This document shows positions 28,491-37,282 of a stretch of 64,000 bases of DNA, one piece after another. Position numbers and translations under genes: made by a program. The notes beneath the pieces are model-generated. The model was not told where the DNA came from. It searched no databases and saw only the letters and a program-made list of their open reading frames with translations. The DNA lies in NCBI RefSeq assembly GCF_036964565.1, contig NZ_JBALTN010000011.1:54889-118888 (forward strand), in the 5' to 3' direction. Numbering within the stretch: position 1 is the stretch's first letter; each line of letters starts with the position of its first letter. This DNA is from Parasphingorhabdus sp. (GTDB lineage: Bacteria; Pseudomonadota; Alphaproteobacteria; Sphingomonadales; Sphingomonadaceae).

Positions 28491-29963
28491 ATGTCGAAAT
28501 TGCAGTCCGGTGAACAGGCACCGGATTATGGGTCAGATCCCCTGATTTTCAAGGAAATGGCCAATAATCTGCCGGTGCTGTGCTGGATGGCGGACAGCGA
28601 TGGCTATATCACATGGTATAACGAGCGCTGGCACCGCTATTGCGGGACGACGCCCGCCGAGATGGAGGGATGGGGCTGGCAATCGGTCCATGATCCGCAG
28701 CGTCTGCCGCATGTCATGGAGGCCTGGACCGGTTCGATCGCGTCGGGAGAGGCGTTCGATATGACCTTCCCGCTGCGCGGCGCGGATGGCGTCTATCGCC
28801 CTTTCCTCACCCGCATCACGCCATATCGCGATGCCACAGGCGAGATCACCCACTGGTTCGGCATCAACATCGATGTTACGGAACAGGACGAGACCGCCAG
28901 GCGCCTGAAGATAAAAAGCTATGCGCTGGAGCGTGTTCTGGCCGAACGGCAGGCGATCCTGGACCAGCTCGGCGAAGGCGTGATCATCACCGATGCGGGA
29001 GGCGAAATCGTCTACATGAACGAACGCGCCCAGATCCTGCACGGGCAGGAACAGCTGGGCGTGTCGCCGGATGACTATACCGCGGCGTTCCAGCTGCTGA
29101 CGGTGGACCGGGAGCCCTATCCGGTCAATGACCTGCCGCTGACCCGTGCCGTGCGGGACAATGTCACCACGGCCGACAGCGAATGGGTCATCCGTCGCGG
29201 GGACGGCTCGGAAATATTGGCAAAGGGCAATGCCAAGCCGGTCTATGACGACAACGGCGAGAAAATCGCGGCGGTGCTGACGATTCGCGACGTCACCAAG
29301 AACCGGGCCAACGAGCGCGCGCTAAAGGAAGCGCTCGAAGCGAAGGAAATGCTGCTTTACGAGGTCAACCACCGGGTCAAGAACAGCCTCCAACTGGTAA
29401 CCTCGCTGTTGTCGCTGCAATCCGGACAGGGTTCGCCAGAGCTGCAGAAGAGCCTGGAGAATGCCCGGGCCCGGATCGGCGTCGTGGCGCGGCTGCACGG
29501 CCAGCTCTATCTTACCAGCAGCCATGACCGGATCGCCGCGGGCGCATTTCTCGAAAGCCTGGTCACGGAGACCGTCGATGCGCTGAAACCGAGTGACGGG
29601 GTGCGCTGCCACACCGACATTGTTGATGAAGTGGTTCTGCTGCTGGATCAGGCGATACCGCTGGCGATCGTGGTCAGCGAACTGGTTACCAATGCGCTGA
29701 AATATGCCTTTGACGAAAAAGCGGAAGGAACCGTCTCGTTATCAGTGCGTAGAATGGATGATGGAAAGATCAGGATCGAGATTGCGGACGACGGCCACGG
29801 GTTGCCTTCCGGCTTTGATCCGGCCGCTTCGTCCGGCTTGGGAATGCGCGTTTCCTACGCGCTCGTCCAGCAATTGAGAGGGGAATTGACCTTCTCCTCG
29901 TCGGATCAGGGCACGATCTTCTCGATCATGTTTGAACCGATGCCGTTAAAGGCGGAACAGTAA
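28491..29963 (+). CDS. PAS-domain sensor histidine kinase, HisKA_2/HWE-type
   Basis: 490 aa from ATG 28491. It has two PAS-like segments and the H-box EVNHRVKNSLQLV that is typical of HisKA_2 kinases, followed by an HATPase domain. Confidence 0.8.
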   Translation: MSKLQSGEQAPDYGSDPLIFKEMANNLPVLCWMADSDGYITWYNERWHRYCGTTPAEMEGWGWQSVHDPQRLPHVMEAWTGSIASGEAFDMTFPLRGADGVYRPFLTRITPYRDATGEITHWFGINIDVTEQDETARRLKIKSYALERVLAERQAILDQLGEGVIITDAGGEIVYMNERAQILHGQEQLGVSPDDYTAAFQLLTVDREPYPVNDLPLTRAVRDNVTTADSEWVIRRGDGSEILAKGNAKPVYDDNGEKIAAVLTIRDVTKNRANERALKEALEAKEMLLYEVNHRVKNSLQLVTSLLSLQSGQGSPELQKSLENARARIGVVARLHGQLYLTSSHDRIAAGAFLESLVTETVDALKPSDGVRCHTDIVDEVVLLLDQAIPLAIVVSELVTNALKYAFDEKAEGTVSLSVRRMDDGKIRIEIADDGHGLPSGFDPAASSGLGMRVSYALVQQLRGELTFSSSDQGTIFSIMFEPMPLKAEQ

Positions 29964-29982
29964 ATTGAGTTGGTGTAATACT

Positions 29983-30375
29983 ATGCGTGTCCTGATTGTA
30001 GAAGACGAGTTTCTGGTTGCGATGGAAATGGAATCCATCCTCAAAAGCAATGGAATTGCGGTTTCCGGATGTGCCAGCAACATATCCGAAGCGCAGCGAA
30101 TCGTCCGCGAACAGGAGTGCAATTTTGCCCTCGTCGACATCAATCTAGCAGACGGTGACAGCGGTCTTTCGCTATCGCAATGGCTGGCGGAACAGAAGAT
30201 ACCCTCGCTTCACGTCAGCGGCAATTGCCCGGCTGACCGGGACGCCACGGCAGCGGTAGGATGCCTCAGAAAGCCATTCAGCCCGCACGATCTTATCGGA
30301 TCGCTCAAAGCCGTACAGGCCGTGCTCGTCGATACGCCTCCCAAGACCCTGCCTTCCGGCCTAGCGCTGTTTTAA
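29983..30375 (+). CDS. Single-domain response regulator (receiver only)
   Basis: 130 aa. MRVLIVEDE..., an ALVDINLAD acceptor region and a conserved K (LRKPF). There is no output domain. Confidence 0.8.
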   Translation: MRVLIVEDEFLVAMEMESILKSNGIAVSGCASNISEAQRIVREQECNFALVDINLADGDSGLSLSQWLAEQKIPSLHVSGNCPADRDATAAVGCLRKPFSPHDLIGSLKAVQAVLVDTPPKTLPSGLALF

Positions 30376-30460
30376 TCTTAATCAGTCAACGCACGTGAGC
30401 CGCCGAACCGCTGTTGCGGTGGTCGGCCGCAGGGTACTGCCAAAGAATGGCAGCTTGTCC

Positions 30461-31546
30461 TCAACCAGGAATGATCGACCGGACCACAGAGGCAATCTGC
30501 GACTGGCGGTTGCAACCCATTTTCGAAGTGATCTGCTTGAGCTGAGTGCGAATGGTTGACAGGGACACCTGACGCGCCTCCGCAAGCTCCTGCAGCGACC
30601 TATCGCCACCAATGCCGGCAGCAATTTCGGCTTCGGCAGGGGTAAGTCCAAACAGGCTCGACAATCTTTGCACGAGAACCTTGTCGGGCGGGCGATTCAC
30701 CCTGAGAAGAAGCATCGCGGCGCGCGTCCCGTTGGGCAGCTTGAGTGGCGATACGGTCGCAATCGCCGGACGGCCGTCGTGATAACCCAATATTATCGCG
30801 TCCGCACTCGGCGAGCTTCCTGCCGCTGACGCCAATGCGATTCTCAGCTGCTTTGTCGCCGTTCCCACTGCCTCGATCCGACCATGGGAATGGACGAGCA
30901 GCCGATTCTGCCGGATGTAATTTTCCGCGGCAGCATTCATCTGGAGAACGCGGCCTTCTCCGGATACCAAAAGGGCGGCATCTGCCATGGCGTCGATCAT
31001 GCCCTGCAGAGTCAGGTTTTCACGCTCGAAAGAGGAGAAGCGACCCTGAATTGAAAGCATTCTCCGCAGATGAACGGCATAGTCATCGAGGGCTGCGACA
31101 TTCGATTCTTCGAAACGATCCTGTGATAGGCCACGATGGACAACCGCCATTCCTGTCCCCCAGGCCGTCTGTATCCGAACACCGACCCCGCGACATGTAT
31201 CGTCGCCGGACGACCGGATAAAATCATTATAATAGGCTGATTTCTGGTAGGTTTCCAAGGACACGAGATTTTCCATATCCATCGCTGAATTGACGGGCTG
31301 GCGCGTCTCTGCAGCCTTGATCCACGGGTCGACCGGAGCGAATTCGGTCGCATAGGCCATCAGTTGCTGATCGGAAAAATAGCCGCAATGCGTAAGCACC
31401 TGCATGGATCCGTCATTATGTTGCCACTGGACAAGAGCGGAGCGACCGCCGAGCGCTTCTGCCAAGCGCCGGGGCAATCCTGCCAGGCTTTCGGAATCCA
31501 GTGCCGCATCGTAAATTTCTTCGGTACAAAAACCGCGATTTTCCAT
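30461..31546 (-). CDS. LuxR-family transcriptional regulator with N-terminal sensory (PAS-like) region
   Basis: 361 aa. The C-terminal HTH reads LTPAEAEIAAGIGGDRSLQELAEARQVSLSTIRTQLKQITSKMG. Confidence 0.8.
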   Translation of the reverse strand: MENRGFCTEEIYDAALDSESLAGLPRRLAEALGGRSALVQWQHNDGSMQVLTHCGYFSDQQLMAYATEFAPVDPWIKAAETRQPVNSAMDMENLVSLETYQKSAYYNDFIRSSGDDTCRGVGVRIQTAWGTGMAVVHRGLSQDRFEESNVAALDDYAVHLRRMLSIQGRFSSFERENLTLQGMIDAMADAALLVSGEGRVLQMNAAAENYIRQNRLLVHSHGRIEAVGTATKQLRIALASAAGSSPSADAIILGYHDGRPAIATVSPLKLPNGTRAAMLLLRVNRPPDKVLVQRLSSLFGLTPAEAEIAAGIGGDRSLQELAEARQVSLSTIRTQLKQITSKMGCNRQSQIASVVRSIIPG

Positions 31547-31974
31547 GAATGCCCCCCTGCATGGTTCATCGGTCGGTACACAAACCGCACAGGGTTCCTG
31601 CCTGCTAATAGAGACAGTATCCGGATCAGACTGCGCATCACCCGCCTACCCCAAATGGGGGATGCGAATCGAGATAAAAGCTTTAAAGTCAGGTCACTAG
31701 AAGTCAATTAAGCCATTCCCGAAACAGGAAGATACCAGAGCAGCCGCGGCGATTTGTCGCGCGCGATTGCTGTGGCGTGGGACGTTTCGGGAGCGGATTG
31801 GTCAGGCTGACGGTCAATATCTTCGGGCAATTTTATACTTCAAGGGACAGATTTTGATGAGCGTGACGGGCATCACGGGTGATGAGCCAGAAGGTGCCGC
31901 ATTGAAGATCTGCAATTGGGGCCTTCGCTTTATCTAACGAACGCGCGGAACAAAGCGCAATTTGGGGAAAAATT

Positions 31975-32097
31975 ATGAAAAAAATGAATCTGATCGCAGT
32001 CGCTGTTCCAGCGTTGCTGCTCGCTGGTTGTGCAACCATGCCTGCCATGCAGAATGTTGCGACCGTCACGGATCCGGTCGCCAGAGAAGCGGCATAA
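31975..32097 (+). CDS. Candidate 40-aa lipoprotein (below the ORF-track size cutoff)
   Basis: ATG 31975 is preceded by a GGGGA Shine-Dalgarno-like sequence. The translation is MKKMNLIAVAVPALLLAGCATMPAMQNVATVTDPVAREAA, with a perfect lipobox (LLAGC). Confidence 0.5.
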   Translation: MKKMNLIAVAVPALLLAGCATMPAMQNVATVTDPVAREAA

Positions 32098-32980
32098 CCC
32101 AGGCAAACCGCTCCGCGATTGCATCTCGCTGCCCCCTGTCCGGCTTCCATTTTTTCTGGATGAACAGCGCCTGGAGGGTCGGCTTGATAATTTCGCTAAA
32201 TTTCAAGCTGCTGGGGTTTAGATATTCGTTTCCACAACCGATTTTAGCAGCAGCTTGCCCTGGCGAAGGATCGATCGTTTCTTTCTCGCTCAGCTGCTGC
32301 AAAACAAGCGATACAATATCATCATCGAGGAGAGCCATAACACCCCGTCCGGATGTTTTTATAACGGGATGATCGAGCAATGCCGCTCGATCGTGCGCCT
32401 CTGCAAATCCGCGCAACTTTTGGTAGCGCGCATCGCCAAGGATTGTCTGGTTGTGAGATATACCGAGTTCATCCAGTGCATCTATTGCATCAGACAAGCT
32501 GACGCTCATTGGCGTAACCATGATCTCAAGTGTTTTGATCAACCGCATAAAATCGGCATCTGACCAGCTATCGTCAATTACGGATTCGACGATTTCTGCT
32601 TCAATCCCTATTGCATCATGCGGCACCTGCCGGAGGATCCGGTAAGCTGCTGCCATTATTTTATGCAGAGATGGTGGAGTTAAGGTGCTTCCTATTGGAG
32701 AATCTTTATGAGCGGTCGCGTGCGCCAGTTCTTCTTTGAGAGCATTTTTGAAGATTGCTTCGCGCTCTTCGATCGTCAATGTGCCGCGCTGGAAATTTGA
32801 TTGCATGTCCATTTCTGTCTCATCCCATATCACGGCAAGCCGGCTGGCAAGACGGCGCGCCTCGCCTGGATCCGCTGTGCCCAGTGTTATGCTTATAGGA
32901 CGTATGGACAGTTTTGATTCACAACGCCGACGAAAATGATATCTCGCGCCCTTTCGGATCAGATAGGTCTGCTTACGCAT
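32066..32980 (-). CDS. Integrase-like N-terminal fragment (DUF6538-like arm/core-binding region; the catalytic domain is absent)
   Basis: 304 aa from ATG 32980. The N-terminus YLIRKGARYHFRRR resembles the arm-type domain of tRNA-associated tyrosine integrases. I saw no R..HxxR..Y catalytic region. It is adjacent to tRNA-Gly and has low GC. Confidence 0.45.
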   Translation of the reverse strand: MRKQTYLIRKGARYHFRRRCESKLSIRPISITLGTADPGEARRLASRLAVIWDETEMDMQSNFQRGTLTIEEREAIFKNALKEELAHATAHKDSPIGSTLTPPSLHKIMAAAYRILRQVPHDAIGIEAEIVESVIDDSWSDADFMRLIKTLEIMVTPMSVSLSDAIDALDELGISHNQTILGDARYQKLRGFAEAHDRAALLDHPVIKTSGRGVMALLDDDIVSLVLQQLSEKETIDPSPGQAAAKIGCGNEYLNPSSLKFSEIIKPTLQALFIQKKWKPDRGQRDAIAERFAWVMPLLWRPDP

Positions 32981-33113
32981 CTCCCCGTCCTGCATAATGA
33001 ACGCGACCAGTGAACGCACCAAACACGGGGTATTGGATGTGTGAGAAGCTATGGAATACGTCATCGCGAGGCCGCCTTAAAAGTAGCGGTTTTCTGCGGC
33101 TAATTGAAAAATG

Positions 33114-33187
33114 TGGAGCGGGTGAAGGGAATCGAACCCTCGTCGTAAGCTTGGAAGGCTTCTGCTCTACCATTGAGCTACACCCGC
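33114..33187 (-). tRNA. tRNA-Gly (anticodon UCC)
   Basis: The reverse complement GCGGGTGTAGCTCAATGGTAGAGCAGAAGCCTTCCAAGCTTACGACGAGGGTTCGATTCCCTTCACCCGCTCCA folds as a cloverleaf. It has a 7-bp acceptor stem, a CTTCCAA anticodon loop, a TTCGATT T-loop and an encoded CCA. Confidence 0.9.
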
Positions 33188-33242
33188 ATGTCCGGCATCG
33201 ACCGGATGGGCCGCTATTGCCACCGCTTTTGCGGCTCGTCAA

Positions 33243-34754
33243 TCAGGAAAGGTCGCGGCCGGGCGTGTTGTGCTGTTCAAGCCATGTCGCGACATCCTGC
33301 TGCTCGGCATCGCTCATGTGCAGACCCAGCTTCGAGCGCCGCCATAGGATATCTTCGGCGCTACGGGCGAATTCATGTTCGATCAGCCAGCCTATCTCGA
33401 TTTCATGGAGACCGGCGCCAAAGCACCGGCCGAGGTCGGCAAGATTTCGTGCCCCGTCCAGCATGATCGCCGTGTCGGTGCCGTAGGCGCGGACCAGGCG
33501 ATGGATGAGCGGGCGATCGAGAAACGTCCACCGGCCCGCATATTCGTCGACCAGCGCCGCGAAGCCGCCGGGCGCAAAATCACCGCCCGGCAGATGCGCG
33601 TCCCTGGTCCAGTCGTCGCCGTCGATGGCGAGCGCGTCGGACAAGGTCCGCATCGCCTGCAGCGCCAGCACCCGATAGGTGGTGATCTTGCCGCCGAAGA
33701 TCGACAGCACCGGGGCACCCTTATCATGGTCATAGTCGAAGACGAAGTCGCGGGTGACGGTGGCGGCGCTGCGGCTGTGGTCGTCGAACAGCGGGCGGAC
33801 GCCGGAATAGGTCCATTCGACATCGTCCGGGGTGACGGCCACATCGAAATATTCGCTAGCGGCGTCGCACAGATAGCGGATTTCGCCGTCGCTGATCCGT
33901 GCGTCGCCTTCGGCATAGCTCCTCGGCTCGTCGGTGGTGCCGATCAGGGTATGATCGCCTTCGTAGGGGATGGCGAAGATGATCCGGCCGTCGCGGTTCT
34001 GGAAGATATAGCTGTGGTCGCCCTCATATTTGCGCTTCACGACGATATGGCTGCCCTTGACCAGGCGCAGCTTGGCCGCGTTGCTGCTGCGGTCATAGAG
34101 GGCCGTCACCGGGTCGACCCAGGGGCCGGCGGCGTTGACCAGCACCCTCGCCTGCTCGGTCTGCTGCCGGCCATGCTGGCGGATGTGCAGGTCCCAGTGG
34201 GCGTCGGCGCGGTCCAGCCCGGTGCATTCGGCGCGGGTCCGGATATCGGCCCCGCGGATGGCGGCGTCGCGGGCGGTCAGCGAGACGAGGCGGGCATCCT
34301 CGACCCAGCAATCGGAATAGGCGAAGCCCTTTTTCAGCCGCTTCTGCAGCGGGTCGCCGCGCGGATCGCCTAGCAGATCGACGCTCTTGGTGCCGGGCAG
34401 GATATCGCGCCCCCCGAGATGATCGTAGAGGAACAGGCCGAGCCGCAGCAGCCAGGCCGGGCGCATGCCCTCGTCCACCGGCAACACGAAGCGCATCGGC
34501 CAGATGATATGCGGGGCGGCGCGCAGCAGCACCTCGCGCTCCTTGAGCGCCTTGCGCACGAGATTGAACTCATAATGCTCGAGATAGCGCAGGCCGCCGT
34601 GGACCAGCTTGGTGCTGGCGGAAGAGGTGTGGGAAGCGAGGTCGTCGCGCTCGACCAGCAGGACCTTGAGCCCCCTGCCCGCCGCATCGCGCGCAATTCC
34701 GACGCCATTGATGCCGCCGCCGATTATCGCCAGATCATACATGGCCGCTGTCAT
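33243..34754 (-). CDS. glpD: Aerobic glycerol-3-phosphate dehydrogenase
   Basis: FAD-binding N-terminus DLAIIGGGINGVGIARDAAGRG. I chose the start at ATG 34754; ATG 34742 is also possible. Confidence 0.9.
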   Translation of the reverse strand: MTAAMYDLAIIGGGINGVGIARDAAGRGLKVLLVERDDLASHTSSASTKLVHGGLRYLEHYEFNLVRKALKEREVLLRAAPHIIWPMRFVLPVDEGMRPAWLLRLGLFLYDHLGGRDILPGTKSVDLLGDPRGDPLQKRLKKGFAYSDCWVEDARLVSLTARDAAIRGADIRTRAECTGLDRADAHWDLHIRQHGRQQTEQARVLVNAAGPWVDPVTALYDRSSNAAKLRLVKGSHIVVKRKYEGDHSYIFQNRDGRIIFAIPYEGDHTLIGTTDEPRSYAEGDARISDGEIRYLCDAASEYFDVAVTPDDVEWTYSGVRPLFDDHSRSAATVTRDFVFDYDHDKGAPVLSIFGGKITTYRVLALQAMRTLSDALAIDGDDWTRDAHLPGGDFAPGGFAALVDEYAGRWTFLDRPLIHRLVRAYGTDTAIMLDGARNLADLGRCFGAGLHEIEIGWLIEHEFARSAEDILWRRSKLGLHMSDAEQQDVATWLEQHNTPGRDLS

Positions 34755-34869
34755 AAGCCGTCCGGCGATTTGCGCAATGCTGCAATGCAATATAAATGGC
34801 TTTCGCTTGCCTTTTCGAAGCGAGCTTTTAGCGTGACTTGCAGGAAACAGGCGGGGCGGGAGCAGGACC

Positions 34870-36339
34870 ATGGCGCAGAATATACTGGTGATCGACGAGG
34901 GCACGACCTCCACCCGCGCGATGCTGTTCGACCGGCACGGCAAGCTGCACGGATCGCAGCAGGAAGCCTTGCGGCAATATTATCCGGCCCCGGGGCTGGT
35001 CGAGCATGATGCCGCGGAAATCTGGGACAAGACCCTGCGGTGCTGCCAGAAAATGATCGAAAAGGCCGGCGGTGCCGACAAGATCGCGGCGATCGGGATC
35101 ACCAACCAGCGCGAGACGGTGGTGGCCTGGGACAAGCGCAATGGCGAACCGCTGGCCAAGGCGATTGTCTGGCAGGACCGGCGAACGGCGGCCAAATGTG
35201 AGGCCCTGAAAGCGGATGGGCTGGAGCCGATGGTGCAGGCCAAGACCGGATTGCTGCTCGACCCCTATTTTTCCGGCAGCAAGATCGGCTGGATGCTGGA
35301 AAATTGTCCCGAAGTTCGCGCGGCCGGCGACAATCTGGCGTTCGGCACGATTGAATCCTACCTGATCTACCGGCTAACCGGCGGCCAGCATGTCACCGAC
35401 GCCAGCAATGCCAGCCGAACGATGCTGATGGCGCTCGATGCCGAGGACTGGGACGACGAGCTGCTGGTGCTGTTCGATATACCAAGAACGACCCTGCCGG
35501 CCATCGTCGATTGCGCCGGAGCGCTGGGCGAGACGGCCGCCGGCCTATTTGGCAGCGCCATTCCGATCTCCGGTTCTGCCGGAGACCAGCAGGCGGCCAC
35601 CCTCGGCCAGGCCTGCCTGTCGGTCGGGGAAACGAAGGCGACCTTCGGCACCGGTGCCTTCATCCTGACCAATAGCGGCGAGACAGCACCCCGGTCGGAG
35701 AACCGGTTGCTCGCGACCGTGCTCTATCAGCATGCCGGCAAGCGCGTCTATGCGCTGGAGGGGTCGGTGTTCGTGGCCGGCAGCCTGATGCAATGGCTGC
35801 GCGACGATATCGGCCTGCTGGAATTTGCAGGCGAGAGCGAGGAACTGGCGCGCTCGGTCGATGACAATGGCGGCGTCTATCTGGTCCCCGCCCTTTCGGG
35901 CCTAGGGGCACCCCACTGGCGCGCCGAGGCGACGGCGAGCATTCTCGGGCTCAGCTTTTCGTCGAAGAAGGCGCATATCGCCCGGGCGGCGCTGGAATCC
36001 ATGGCCTATCAGTGCCAAGATCTGAAGACCGCCTTTTCCGCCGACGGCATCGACTGGCAGAAACTGCGGATCGATGGCGGCATGGTGGCCAATGACTGGA
36101 TGGTGCAGGATCTGGCCAATATCCTGGATATCCCCGTCGAACGGCCGGAATTTTTCGAGACCACGGCTCTCGGCGCGGCGATGCTGGCGGCGGTGGGAGC
36201 CGGTATCTATCCGTCGCTCGAGGCGGCGTCGGTGATGCTGTCCGAACTGGATGCCTATCATCCGGACATCGATCCCGAGGTCAGGTCCGCAAGACTGGCG
36301 GGGTGGAAGGCCGCCATCGACTCCGTCCTTTCCCGCTAG
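34870..36339 (+). CDS. glpK: Glycerol kinase
   Basis: 489 aa with an FGGY-family N-terminus (LVIDEGTTSTRAMLFD) and GlpK-like sequence throughout. It is divergent from glpD. Confidence 0.95.
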   Translation: MAQNILVIDEGTTSTRAMLFDRHGKLHGSQQEALRQYYPAPGLVEHDAAEIWDKTLRCCQKMIEKAGGADKIAAIGITNQRETVVAWDKRNGEPLAKAIVWQDRRTAAKCEALKADGLEPMVQAKTGLLLDPYFSGSKIGWMLENCPEVRAAGDNLAFGTIESYLIYRLTGGQHVTDASNASRTMLMALDAEDWDDELLVLFDIPRTTLPAIVDCAGALGETAAGLFGSAIPISGSAGDQQAATLGQACLSVGETKATFGTGAFILTNSGETAPRSENRLLATVLYQHAGKRVYALEGSVFVAGSLMQWLRDDIGLLEFAGESEELARSVDDNGGVYLVPALSGLGAPHWRAEATASILGLSFSSKKAHIARAALESMAYQCQDLKTAFSADGIDWQKLRIDGGMVANDWMVQDLANILDIPVERPEFFETTALGAAMLAAVGAGIYPSLEAASVMLSELDAYHPDIDPEVRSARLAGWKAAIDSVLSR

Positions 36340-36353
36340 AGCACGGCCAGACG

Positions 36354-36381
36354 AAAAAAAGCCCGCGAGAGGCGGGCTTTT
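36354..36381. terminator. Bidirectional rho-independent terminator between glpK and petC
   Basis: AAAAAAA-GCCCGC-gagag-GCGGGC-TTTT. It is flanked by an A-run and a T-run, between convergent genes. Confidence 0.6.
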
Positions 36382-36408
36382 CAATTCGCTGAAAACAGGC
36401 AAGCCGGA

Positions 36409-37263
36409 CTAGGCGGCCTTCTTTTTCTTCTCGGCCTTCACGTCGGCCCAGATCGTCCGGTAGGACAGATAGGCTAGGATCGTCGCGATCAGCAGGAAGG
36501 CGAGTACAGCCCAGCCAGCCTGATGCCGTTCTTCCAGTTTCGGCTCCGCGGTCCAGATCAGGAAGGCGGATACGTCCTTGGCCATCTGGTCGATGCTGGC
36601 CTTTGTGCCATCGGAGTAGGCTACCTGGTCGTCCACTGCCAACGGCGGCGCCATCGCCAGGTTCAGGTTAGCAAAATAGGGGTTATAGTGCAGCCCCGGA
36701 CCAGGCTGGCTGGCTTCGGGGAGGTCGGCTGGCGGATTGGTATAGCCGGTCAGCAGCGAGTAGACATAGGGTGCGCCACCTTCGCGCGCCTTGGTCATCA
36801 ACGAGAGATCCGGCGGGATCGCGTTGTTGTTGGCAGCGCGGGCAGCAATATCGTTGGCGAACGGCTTCGGGAACTTGTCCGCAGCCAAGCCGGGCCGCGT
36901 GGTCATTTCGCCGGTATTGGGGTCGGCATCGGGAACGCCGATTGGCCAGTTGGCAGCAATCGCCTTTACCTCGTCCTCGTTATAGCCGATTTCTTCCAGA
37001 TTGCGGAAAGCAACCAGCCGGATCGAATGGCAGGCGGCACAAACTTCCTTGTAGACCTGGAAGCCGCGCTGCAGCTGCTGGCGGTCGAACTTGCCGAGCG
37101 GGCCGTCAGACGTAAACGACACGTCCTTGGGTTCCTCGTGGAACGCATATTCCACCGGTTTCACCGGAGGGTTGGTGGCATATTCAACCGCGCCCATTCC
37201 GAATGAGATCAGGAGCCAGCCCGAAAAGAACAGGCCAATCAAGATTCCGATAATTCTTACCAT
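36409..37263 (-). CDS. petC: Cytochrome c1
   Basis: 284 aa with the haem motif CAACHS and a C-terminal TM anchor. It is the last gene of the petABC order. Confidence 0.9.
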   Translation of the reverse strand: MVRIIGILIGLFFSGWLLISFGMGAVEYATNPPVKPVEYAFHEEPKDVSFTSDGPLGKFDRQQLQRGFQVYKEVCAACHSIRLVAFRNLEEIGYNEDEVKAIAANWPIGVPDADPNTGEMTTRPGLAADKFPKPFANDIAARAANNNAIPPDLSLMTKAREGGAPYVYSLLTGYTNPPADLPEASQPGPGLHYNPYFANLNLAMAPPLAVDDQVAYSDGTKASIDQMAKDVSAFLIWTAEPKLEERHQAGWAVLAFLLIATILAYLSYRTIWADVKAEKKKKAA

Positions 37264-37282
37264 TACGACGGGTCCCTAATTC

